Of a stretch of 64,000 bases of DNA, positions 51,017 through 62,748 are shown piece after piece; position 1 is the first letter of the stretch, and each line of letters opens with the position of its first letter. The position numbers and the translations under genes were made by a program. The notes beneath the pieces were generated by a model. That model had not been told where the DNA came from, made no database searches, and saw only the letters and a list, made by a program, of their open reading frames with translations. Source of the stretch: Epiperipatus broadwayi (lineage: Eukaryota; Animalia; Onychophora); assembly GCA_028023455.1 (NCBI GenBank), contig JAQFVV010000006.1, forward strand, positions 496,001 to 560,000, read 5' to 3'.

Positions 51017-52457
51017 TACCAAACTCCATACAGTAGTTCCACAAAGTGCAAGCCTTTGTAATCAATGGATGTAGAAAGGTTTGTGCATAAAATCTCTATC
51101 TAGTGCTTACTCATCCAATATCCTTAGACTAGTTTCTAGCTTGTGGCTTTCATCAGTGAGTTCTTAGGATCTAATGCAACCCTCCAGCAGCCACCTTTTA
51201 CCTATTTGGTTAACTATAAAGCTAAGAAATCAAGATTTTAATCCAACCTCATTTGTTGTAGAAATATATAGATCTGAACTCAGTTCAGCATGTATACATT
51301 TTGGTGTCTTAGATTTTTCAAAAACCTCTGTCAGCATTATCGTTTAGGCAGAATAGGTGTAAAACCATCAAAACATCACATGATCATCGTTTTATAAGCT
51401 CGCACAAGCTGTAGCTTACACTCCATACAGTAGTACCACTAAATGCAAGCCTTTATAATCTGTGGATGTAGGAAGGTTTATGCATAAAATCCTTATCTAG
51501 TGCTTAGTCCAATATGCCCAGACTAGTTTCCAGCTTGTGGCTTTTATCAGTGTGGAGTCTTGGATTTGACAGCACTGCATCTAGATTTTAGGCAACCCTC
51601 CAGCATCTTGATCTATTTGTTTAACTGTAAAACTAAGAGCCCAAGAGGAAAACACAATAATGTTTTCAATCCTAGCTCATTTACTTGCATAGGCATATAG
51701 ATCTGAACTCCGTTCAGCATCTATATATTTTGGCGTCTTTGGTTTTTTTAAAAACCCTAGTCATCATTATCCTATAGGCACATCACATGATCACCATTTC
51801 ATATGCTTAGACGGGCTGTTAATAACAGCAACAAACTCTCCTTGTAGTACTGCCACCAAGTGAAACATCAAACTTGAATAGTTGCTGAAAAGTTATATAG
51901 GTCTGAACTCAATTCAGCATCTACTCATTTTTGGTATTGCACTTTCATGGCATTACTATATGGAGAGTTTGCTACTGTTTTTAACAGCCTGTTTAAGCAT
52001 ATGAAATGGTGATCATGTGATATTTAGATGGTTTTACATCTGTCCTGTCTATAGGATAATGGTGACTACGGTTTTTGAAAAACCAAAGACACCAAAATGT
52101 ATAGATGCTGAACTGAATTCTGATCTATATGACTGTACAAGAAAATGAGCTTGGATTGAAAACATTATTGTGATTTTATCTTGGACTCTTAGCTTTATAG
52201 TTAATCAAATAGATAAAAGGTGGCTGCTGGAGAGTTGCATTAGATTCTAAGATCTCCACACACTGTTTTCAAATTCAAGGCTCCTCGCTGATGAAAGCCA
52301 TAAGCTAGAAGCTAGTCTGGGGATATTGGATGAATATGCACTAGATAGGGATTTTATGCCCAAATCTTTTTTATATCCATTGATTATGAAGCCTTGTGCT
52401 ACTGTTATTAACAGTCTATGTAAGCATATGAAATGGTGATCTGGTAATGTCTGATGT
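51017..52457. mobile_element. Family A multimeric insertion: ~2 antisense units plus ~1.2 sense units, three hammerheads
   Basis: HHR motifs at 51127-51156 (-), 51521-51550 (-, CTGATAA) and 52288-52317 (+, GAAG); period 394 nt; 10-bp direct repeat gtaaaatcta at 51007-51016 and 52458-52467. Confidence 0.9.
51121..51162 (-). ncRNA. Hammerhead ribozyme, family A (core intact, stem I weakened)
   Basis: Minus strand ctca-CTGATGA-aAGCcacaaGCTa-GAAA-CTAGTC-taagga; core at 51156-51127. Confidence 0.75.
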
Positions 52458-53321
52458 GTAAAATCTACTTATTTTAAATAACATTCAATCTTATCGTGAT
52501 TTGTACTGTTTAGAGCTTGGCCTAGTTGTTAAAGGAAATTTCCTGACAGTCTAGTGAGCTTTTTATATGCTCTTATTTGTAATAATATAAGATATAATTC
52601 AATAATGTATTAATTATATAACTAGTTGTGTTAAATACTGTAATAAATGTAAATAGGTTAAGAATATTATAATTTGTTTCGAAGCAGATATCTTTCATAA
52701 ATACTTTCAATGGCTCGCACCCATGTTTTTACTTTTACTGTTCGTAATTTTATTTCCTTTGGCAGTCAAGATGGCTGCTGGTAATATTTTCAAGATATAG
52801 AAAGCTTTCTGAAATGTCTAGTTCTTCAGTTTTGCTTTTTGTTTTCATGTTCTTTTTTCCGAGTTGTTATTGTCTGGACTATGTTCATGCGCAACCCATA
52901 TTGCCTTACTTTCTTTAGCATTAGATCAGAAAATAAGCAGAAGAAAATTAAAATGCAATTTAAATAAAAGGTATTGCGCTATAAAAATTACGAAAAATAT
53001 TTAAGTTGGGTAATCATTTTTAGCTCTGACTTATTATTGAACTTTTTAATGGGACGTAATACTTTATCATTGATTATATTATCTATTCTTTTTGCTTATC
53101 TTTCACAATAACATCTATGACAAATTCAGATTTACAGTTAACAGAAATATCCACTCGGTAGCAATATGTTATACCAAAGGTAACAATGCTTTTGATATTT
53201 CTTTTCCTATGCTGGTAACTGCTTTTTCGTGCATTTGTATGATACATTTAGTGTTCAAATTTGCCTATATTTGATTGACGTTAAAAAAAACTAAATTATA
53301 ATTTAGTAATATGTACATACG

Positions 53322-53536
53322 TGTAATCTTGTGGAAGGAAATTACTCTTCACACATGCCATATAAATTTGATTTTAAATTTGATCCATCAATAAGTATTT
53401 TAAAAGCATAAGTGATCCATTTATGCTTTTAAGATAGTTATTGATGGATGAGTGTCACGTGTTAATGGATGTTTGTAGATTTCATGTCAATTTAATAGCA
53501 CTTATTTGAAGAGTAATTTTCTTCCACAAGATTACA
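53322..53536. mobile_element. MITE-like element with 30-bp TIRs and internal hairpin
   Basis: tgtaatcttgtggaaggaaattactcttca / tgaagagtaattttcttccacaagattaca. Confidence 0.7.
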
Positions 53537-56500
53537 TATATATACAAATCGCTAAATTATTTATTACATAATATGTACATATACAAATATCGAACATGCC
53601 TAGCTTAATGTGTATGAAATTTAAATGGAAGTAACAACCCTTCAAAAGCTATCAATTTATATAAAATCCATGTGAATGTATATTTGTCCGTAATGCTTTA
53701 TCGGAGCACCCATTCAGAGGGGACTCCAGTAAATAATCTTATATATAGTTGTCCATAATGCTGTTAAATTCGCATATCAAATATGACAGCTGTATTTAAA
53801 AATTTTAATGTAGCTTTATTAAAAAAGCTAAATTTATTAATACCTTGCCGGGTATATTTCTGAAGTGTACCAAACAGACCTGGTAGTTTCAAACATTTTT
53901 TTTTCCAGTTGTGAATTTCTCATATCTATTTATATAAATATGAAAATCTTTTGTTTAATTTATGTTAAATCTTAAAGAAAATTTGTTAAAGCAACCAACT
54001 AAAGAAAAACTTATAAAAAAGGACGACCTGTACGGCCAGGTACATTTCTCACATTTATTTATATAATATTACAATCTTTTTTTTAATTTACATTAAATCT
54101 TAAAAACAAAATTGTTAAAGCAACCAACTAAAAAAAAAATAACGACCTTTCTGTAGGCCAGCTCCATCTAGTGAATAAATAATACTCATATATCAATGAA
54201 TGATAAAGAATAAAATGATCACTTATTGTTTAACCTTACATTTATTGATACTTCTGGAAATAAAAAGTAGAAACGATATATTAGTCTGATTGATGTAAAT
54301 ACAGCATAAATCATTCTGGGATTTGTGAATTAACATAAGGAAGTAAAAATGGAGTCTATTTTTTAACAATTTTGTAACATCAACGAAGTGCCAGTTTGTA
54401 AATGTAAATATTAAATATGCACAAATTTAAATCAGGCTAATATATACTTTCCATTATTTATTTATTACATCATCAGCAAATGAAAACTTCTAACAATCAA
54501 AAGCTTAAAGAATAAGTGATTTAATCTTTTTTTTTTGTCATTTATTGATATGTGAGTGATATTTATACATAGCTGAAAGAAATGTTTATCGTAAGTTGCA
54601 TAAAAAAATAATATAGTTAGTTGCTTCGGAAGAAGAGAGTGGTGTTCGTGTGATGTTAAATTATTCAAGTGACCAGTTGAGCGCAATTGAGCAACATGAG
54701 ATTTTTTTTCTCATTGAGTTAGCACTATATAACAAGACTAAACTGCACAGGGCTTATATTGCATGTATAATTATGAAAACTATACAAAGATGAACTTAAA
54801 CTTTCAAATTTTTCAAATGGATTTCTTGTAATATCTGATGCACAGCTTTACATCAGTATCTTTCTTCCTCGTTCAAGTATGTTCTTATTAATGGTGATAA
54901 ATAAATAATCAAATTATTTGTCAGGAGAGAGGCCATATGATGACTGAGCATTGATAGTACTAAGATTAATTGTTCCAGAAAACATTCTACTTCTGCACTC
55001 TGTTAGTGTAACTATTGTTCCTCCTTCAATTACATAAGCTGTATTCATAATACTGTATAGCCTATTGATTTCAAATCTCATGAATAGAGAAGAAATTTAA
55101 AAGATACTGTTTTGTTTTTGATATTTTTGTATGTTCTATTTAGTGATATGATAACTTTCGTATATTTTTTTCATAGTGACGTGATAAGTCGCTATCCTGT
55201 TGAAAGCCATCATCTTGGAATCCTGTTATTACCTGGTTTGTCAACTTAATTCCAATAGAATATTTCATTTGCGAGAAATCCATAAATCTTTTTACGTAAT
55301 TTTATTTGAACTTACTTAAAGCTTCAGTTAATCATTTTTAGTGAATAAGGGTGTGGATTCTTACATCCTTTGATGTGATGTAAATAGCTTCTTAAAGGAA
55401 GTTAGATGTTTCTATGCATAGACTTTTTTAGCTAGATTAAATATTCTGTCCCTCTTAAACCATTCTGTATCTATTTCTCCCTCTATTATCTTATTCAAAT
55501 CTATAATCTCTGATGTATTTCTTGGCTTTCTATCCCATTTTAATAAAAACTGTTTCATTAATCCAAATACCCTATTCTTGTAATTCCCATTAACAAAATA
55601 TAATCTACCTCTTTGCTGTTTTCACTTTTAAATTTCTACTCTGTGCAAATTTTTTTTTTCTGATCTTCTTTCATCATTATATGTTTCAAAAACAAATATT
55701 CAGTATTGTATCACTTCTACGTAAACTACATTTGAAGTCCAAATTCTTAGCCTGTTTTTTTATCGTCCTTTTGTGATATCCAAAGCTCCTGCTCTGAGAT
55801 CTAAAATGTTTTTTTAAATGAATTCAGAAGTTTTGGGGCATAGTTTGTATGTCCACAAACTCTATACCCAAGATAATTATTTTCTACCTCCTAAATCTTT
55901 AAATATCACTATAAACATATCTATTTTTTCTTTTTATTATCTAATTATTTTTTCAGCCCTGGATCATTTTCCCTCTTATCCCATTTTAATGTAAGTTATT
56001 TTGTTCGTTATACTTTCATATTCTTAAATTCCCTAATTTCTTTATAAAGACTTTTTAAATAAATTTTAAAATCTTTACTCCATTCTCTTTACCATTGAAT
56101 ATTTCCTGCACTATTACAATTTATTCCAATTCGATTTCAATGGTCTGCAAAACCAAATCTTGAATATTCCAGGGGTTTTTTTTTTTTTTTCATGATATGT
56201 AGAGATCTCACCCATGCACCAGATAATTAAGCCCCCAATAGTTGCTGTCATGGGGTCTTTCATACTTTATATAATTTTTATTCTTATATAATTCCAAACT
56301 ATTCTATTATTTTTCAATATTCTTATCCTTATTACTATATAAATGGGAAGCATTGTTTGTTTCTTAATAACGAGAAATATTGCAACAATCTTCGTGAATC
56401 TTGCATAATTTTTTTCTTTTATTTTTTTTTGGAGAATTACATAGGCTATGGATTTTTGCTGTATGGTATAATTTGCAATATAAAAATGTATCAAAATCAT

Positions 56501-58338
56501 AAACATTTTTGAATAACTATAAAAATGCAAAAAGATCGCAGCACGGACTAAACAGTTACAGACATTGGAAAATTATTTTTTTTAACGGGTGCAAAATACG
56601 TTGCGGCCTGCATATTGAAATAGATATAACAGAAATGGAGAGAACTATAGTTTTTGATGCAGCAAAGTAAAATTCAATTTTGTAAATATATTTCATATTA
56701 ATTAAATTTTGTTTGCACCGTGTAATTAATTTCTCGCTTGGGTAGCATGAACAAAATATACGATGTTAAAATAGGCATTTTTAAAAATTATTTTATTACA
56801 TGAGAAATGTATTTAAAATCCTAAATGTTGATCAAATTCAGTAATATAACTGATCATAAAAAGTTATATGTTTTTGCGAAACTGCTGATGATAACTCGTA
56901 TTTTTATTATATATAAATTATATAACAAGTTATTTATTTATCTAACACTGCATTTTATTTGTAAATCATCAAGGACTCACCCCTGGCACATATGCTGTAT
57001 GTAATTTACAGTCCTCTCACTTTCTAAACACAGGATAAAGTATTTTGAAAAGATAAGATGAATCCATCTTAATTTTTTTTTACCTAAATGTATATATAGG
57101 CAAATATATAGTTGAATGGAATTAAAAAGTAATTGATTAAGACCTTCACATTCTCCTAAATGTTTTAGGATTTACCTAACCCTACCTTGTGTGAGAGTGG
57201 TGTAATGGAAATTACACTACAGGAATATTATTCATTAAGTCGATAATCTCTAGTCTAATGAATGACTAATAAAAATTATCAATATACTTCCATTAAGTAT
57301 CTTGTGTTAAACTTGTGAAGGCAATCAGTTTGATAGTTATAAGTTCAACTAGAGTAATTAGTTATCTATATAATTGGACAATGGTAACGATATATGTAAC
57401 AGATTGTGATCTGGGCCAACTGATGAGTGCTGGTTTAGTGCAAAATGTGCTTCTTGGGGATCGTGCATCTTTTTCACTTGTCTTTGGTCACATGTTTGAT
57501 TACACCTCTCCACAACCTGTTAAAAGTAGATAAAAACCAGTCCTTATCTTTGTTGAGAGGGGAATAGTACAAAGTACACAGAAATATTATACCCATTTAC
57601 TTTTTACTACGTGTCATCCATTTATTTTTTTAGGTTTCGATCCATTCTTTTTTGTTGTCTTCTGTCCTCTAAATTATTTCATTAGTTACTTTATTTTATT
57701 TTTATTTCCCATCATGGGATAGTACAGTTGCAGAATGGATGACTGGAGCTCAAGATCCATAGATCACAGCTTAACAGTGTCATTTCCAGATTTGAATTTT
57801 CTATAAACTTCAATGTGATAAACCATTTAATTTTGGGGCATTGATGGATGATAACCTTCCATTATCTGTATGCAAGTAGCAGCAATAGTTTGGGAAACAA
57901 ATTGTCTCCATGTGGAAACCAGACTTCATCTTGGTAAACTTTTGAATGAAGGCACTAAATTATGAAAATACATTGAACAGCTATTAACATCAATTCCGGT
58001 AGTAGGTGGATGATATCCAGACTACAGAGGTAAGGGTCTTACAGTTTCAAAATGAAAAACGATCACATGCTGTTGGCAATCATGGAATATCTCAAGAACC
58101 AGATGTATTCTTCACACATCAATCTTCTCTTCGCCTAAGAAATACTTCAATTTAACATTGAGAGTATATCGAAATTGGGGATCTTCTACAAGTTATTTGA
58201 TCAGAATAACTTTTCATCGTTTTTCTAATAATACACATTTTTTAAAATTTCCTGGATTTACTTTGATTATTTTTGTTTCAAATCATCTTATATAATATTT
58301 AATTTTATTTACTAGCACAGAGATAGTATGTAATTAAT

Positions 58339-58506
58339 CAGTAAGGATTTTTCAGCCTAACACATGCATTGTACTGTTTTTTCGTATTATATCAACGATG
58401 TCTTGTATCTTAGTTCAAGAGTTTTCTTAATACCCAATAAGACATCGTTGGGATATTATATAAAAACAGTACAGCATATATATGTTAGGATGAAAAATTC
58501 TTACTG
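58339..58506. mobile_element. MITE-like fold-back
   Basis: ~65-bp imperfect inverted arms cagtaaggatttttcagcctaac...caacgatgtctt / aagacatcgttg...gttaggatgaaaaattcttactg. Confidence 0.7.
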
Positions 58507-58899
58507 CTTAAATCATCTTATAGGATAAAATTTTCTTTCAGATTGGTTCAAATGATTTTGCAATCACCATTCATGGTAGATAATTTTTATATATGCAACT
58601 TTTACAAACTTCTTAATACAAATTGATGATTCCTTTTTCCAAATCTTCCCATAACCTTCTGTATTTATAGGAGATTGCTCTTAGTAATTTTTAGAATATG
58701 TGAGGATTATGTAGTTATCTCTTTTTAGAAATGCATTTACTTTATGATAGTAAACAATTTGGAACATTCCATTCAGGCAAGTGAGAAACAAAAACAACTG
58801 ATTTATATTTTGTTTCAAGGAAACGGAATCACAATTAACTTCTGAACTACTAATATTGGGTCACCCCCACCCCCATTAGCTAGTGTAAACCAATTCTAA

Positions 58900-59460
58900 T
58901 CACTCTTGAAATCCACATTCCTATAATTGAAAGTTACTCCATTCCAAAATGGAATTTTAAGCAAACTAACTCGGAGCTGATATATTGGATATCTTGACCA
59001 GAGTATTAATAAAATCTCTCCAATTCCTTCTTGCTATGATAGGTTTAACAAACGCATCTTAAAAGCTGCTGGAGATTCCCTGTCTCAAGCATATAGGAAG
59101 CAATTCATTCCAGATTGTAACAAAAACAGCAGGCTCCTTATAGCAATTTTTGTGTACCACAGATTTGGGAATTGCTGACAAACTTGTAAAAATCAATCGA
59201 TGAGACTAGAATGAGGAGAAACTATGAAGCAAAACTTTACAGGATATAGTCGTAAAACCCGGTCACTTTTCGTAAGCTTAGTGGATGTAAAAGTTTCTTT
59301 AAAAGAAAATTCCATTGTTATTGCTAATGAGATTGCTAATCTTCTATACGAGATTTTTAAATCTAAGATTGGTGGAATGAGAAAAAGCATCTCTATAGCA
59401 GATTTGCAAATTTCTTTTGCCCAATGTTCCTTTAATACCAATCTTGTAAACAAGTAGCTG
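58900..59460 (+). mobile_element. Decayed LINE fragment (endonuclease-RT linker region)
   Basis: ANEIANLLYEIF-type segment and coding-like composition; similarity by eye only. Confidence 0.35.
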
Positions 59461-60035
59461 TTAGTGATCTTGAAATTACCCATGATCATCTTAAACCAGA
59501 AAGGTCCCAGGACCAGATACATACTTGTAGAGTTTTTTCAAAATCTTAAAAGCTTAATCATGGTTAGAAAAACAATTCAATAACATTATTCATGTAGAAA
59601 CTAATCCAAAAATTTGGCAAGTTCATTTAATTGACTCTTTAGGAATCTTGCTTGTGAATTATCTAATAATTTGGATTTGTTTGTTCATGTATAGGTACAT
59701 ATATGGTTACCCATTCATATTTAAATGACCAATTATTAAACTGTATAGATGTTTTATACGTGCTTATATTTTTTTAAAATTATATTTAATGTAATTGATT
59801 TTATGACTTCTTTTATATTCTTTAATATATTATAAAGATGTAGTTTTTTTTTTTTTTTGGTAAACTATTTTAAGTTCCCATGTTATATAGTGAACTTATC
59901 GCAAAGGCGTATGATCTTAATCTATTACTTGTTTTAATAAAAATAATTTCTTTCTTTTAGGTTACCATAAGTACAAATATACAAAGCCCATACATGTTTT
60001 TTTAAAATTTATTTATGAATATTTTTGCATCGTAG

Positions 60036-60135
60036 ATGATAAAAAAAGAACTAAAAACATGGAAAGCTGATTGCATTCTTCACGATGGATCCCCAAATGT
60101 TGGACAGAACTGGTTACACGATGCATTCCAACAAG
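60036..60135 (+). CDS. FTSJ3: FTSJ3 exon 4 ([33 protein letters not shown])
   Basis: Conserved L.TWKAD..LHDG.PNVG..W.HDAF.Q of Spb1/FTSJ3; phase 0 acceptor at 60035, donor at 60136. No further exon seen before 64000. Confidence 0.96.
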
Positions 60136-61265
60136 GTATTGTCACTCTTAATGTCTTGTTTATATACTGTTTTAATAATAATACAAGCATTTTTCTGCCC
60201 CTTTGCCATCTACAGTAAGCTTGAGTAATTAATAATTTCCAGAATCATACAAGTTTCATGTCCAGGTTTTTGGGATTTGCTTTTAAGATTCAAAAACTGG
60301 AACTAGTGCAGTCTTGGTATAGGAATTTAAATGCAGCTGTTAATCGCTAATTAATAATAAAAACGAATCTCTTAATTCATCAGTTCACATGTTATATGAT
60401 AAAACGAGCGATTCTCTATTCTATCGCCATCCTCTAAAAGCTTGAATTTATCAGTGATTATCAGATGCCCCACGGCATTTAAAATCCTTATCATCGGATT
60501 AGTTTCTGACTTCTGCCTTTAATCGGTGAAACTTGGGATTCAAACTTGGAATAATGTAACTGTGCATCTAGAAATCATCTGTAACTCATTTTCCCATTCA
60601 AGTTTTATAACCTAAAATACAATTCAGCCTAAGGTTTTGAATCAGTATCAACCTGTTTGAGCCATTGTATGGATTTGACTTCAGTTCTGTAGTGATATAT
60701 TTTAATGCTCTGTTTTTGAAGACACTGTAAGCACGTTTTTTTTTCTGGCTAAGATTATTTACAATGACAGATTCCTTAATTTTTCGGTTCACCCAATGTA
60801 TGATAAATAAGAGCAGCTCTCCCTAGTGCCATCTACTACCAATTTAAGCAATCAGTAATTACCAAATTCCCTATCGCATTTTTACATTCTCATCCTCGAA
60901 CCACTTTTTGTTCTTAGCCTTTATAGATTTGAAGTTGGCAATTTTATAGGTATGTATTTAGCAGCTACTTTTAACTCAGTTTTACCATTCAAGATAAAAA
61001 TCTGAAATTCAAATTGCCCTAAAGTTTTGAATCCTTGTCAACCTGCCCAAACAGTTGTATATATATTGATTCGGTTCATTATTTATATGTTTAGCTACAT
61101 TCACATTAACTAAGCACAAAGTTGATGTGAGTTCATGACCTTAACCTGCTTTGAGTTTCAGGTTGATATCTTGAATGATAAGATAAAGGTAAAGAGGGTT
61201 GTTGGATGCATAACTGCTAATTTTCATTTCTGAGCCTCATTGATGCAGAAGCCCCAGTCTGAGGT

Positions 61266-62242
61266 TCAATCAATCAATAGTATTCTGGCCAAGAGAGTAG
61301 TCACAAACATCAATTCTTCAATTCCATTCTCTTCCTTGACCATTTCTTCAATTCCACATAAGTCTTCCCATCTCTTATATCATTCAATAAGGTCAATCTC
61401 TTCCAATCTTTTTATTTCCACCCACCATTCCTTCCAAAACATCTTTCATTCAACTATTATCTCTTCTCAATATATGTCCAATCCAGTTTCTCTTTTTCTC
61501 TCTGATATTCTCAATCAATCTTCTTTTCTCATTTACTCTTTTCAAAACTTCTTCATTTGTTATTTTACTCATCCAACTGATTTTTTTCATTTTTCTCCAT
61601 GTCCACATTTCAAAAGCTTCCAATTGGTTTTTAATTCTATTATTCATTGTCCACATCTCACAACCATACATTAATACACTCCACACATAACATTTAATTA
61701 ATTTATTCCTTAATTCTCTTTCCAAAGGTCCACAAAATATCTTTCTTTCTCTTCACAAATGTCTCCTTTGCCAATGTTATTCTTCTTTTAACTTCATCTT
61801 TACTTCTTCCATCCTCACTCAACCAACTACCCAAATATCTAAATCCCTTCACCTGTTGAACCATGTCATCACGGATTTCAATTTGCAGTCTTTTTGCATC
61901 TCTCCCTATCCATAAATACTTAGTCTTTTCAATATTAATCTTCAATCCATATGCCATACATCCTTCTTCCAATTTATTCAACATATTCTGAAAACCCTTT
62001 TCCTCCTCAGCAATAAGATCCATATCATCTGCAAATCTTATACATTTCATTACTCTCCCTCCAACATTTGCTCCTCCACAGTCCAAATAATTATTTAGCA
62101 TGTCTTCTAAATAAATATTAAACAGAACAGGTGACATACTACACCCTTGCTTAACTCCATTTTCTACATTTACTTCATTATACATAGTCCATATCAATCG
62201 TCTTTCTTTCCAAAATATTCCTTTATCTCTTAAGATGGACAT
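61266..62242 (-). mobile_element. 5'-truncated RTE-like non-LTR retrotransposon (RT C-terminus)
   Basis: GVKQGCSMSPVLFNIY, IRFADD, GLKINIEKTK, FRYLGS, CYVWSVLMYGCEMWT, LEAFEMW.WR, WIGHILR; one frameshift; (ATTG)3 tail at 61267-61278. Confidence 0.92.
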
Positions 62243-62584
62243 CAGTTTATCAGCCTGAGGTTAGGGATTTAAAATGCAGATTGAACAACTGGTAATCAAT
62301 AGTTTCTCAAGTTTGTAATAGGTAGCACTAGAAGAGAAAGCTGATCCTGTTCTATAGCACAATATGAAAGCTAAAGAAAAAGATGCTTATAATTAGGAAA
62401 AAACAGATTGTTAAAATTTATAATTACTGATTCAAATGCATATTTATATAATTATTCAAGCACGTTGGCTAGGATTAAAAACTAGATTATTTCGAATTGC
62501 AAGCTTTTAACCTAAATGGTAAAATGAAGTTAAAAGTGATTTCTAGATATACACTTTATTTCAAGATTTGAATTCCAAGTATCA

Positions 62585-62670
62585 TTGTTTAACGGCAAAA
62601 TCCTGAAACTAGTCTGGAGATGGGGGTTTAAATGCATCTGGTAATCGTTGGCTACTCAAGCTTATTATAA
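62585..62670 (+). mobile_element. Old family A-like relic with hammerhead 3' half
   Basis: ggcaaaatcct-GAAA-CTAGTC-tgg (62605-62617); related decayed pieces at ~60290-60345 and ~62250-62350. Confidence 0.4.
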
Positions 62671-62748
62671 CAATGAAAAAGAGCGGGCAAATTTTATTAT
62701 TTTTTGAATACTATAATAAATATTTTATTTCACCATTACTTTGTAATT

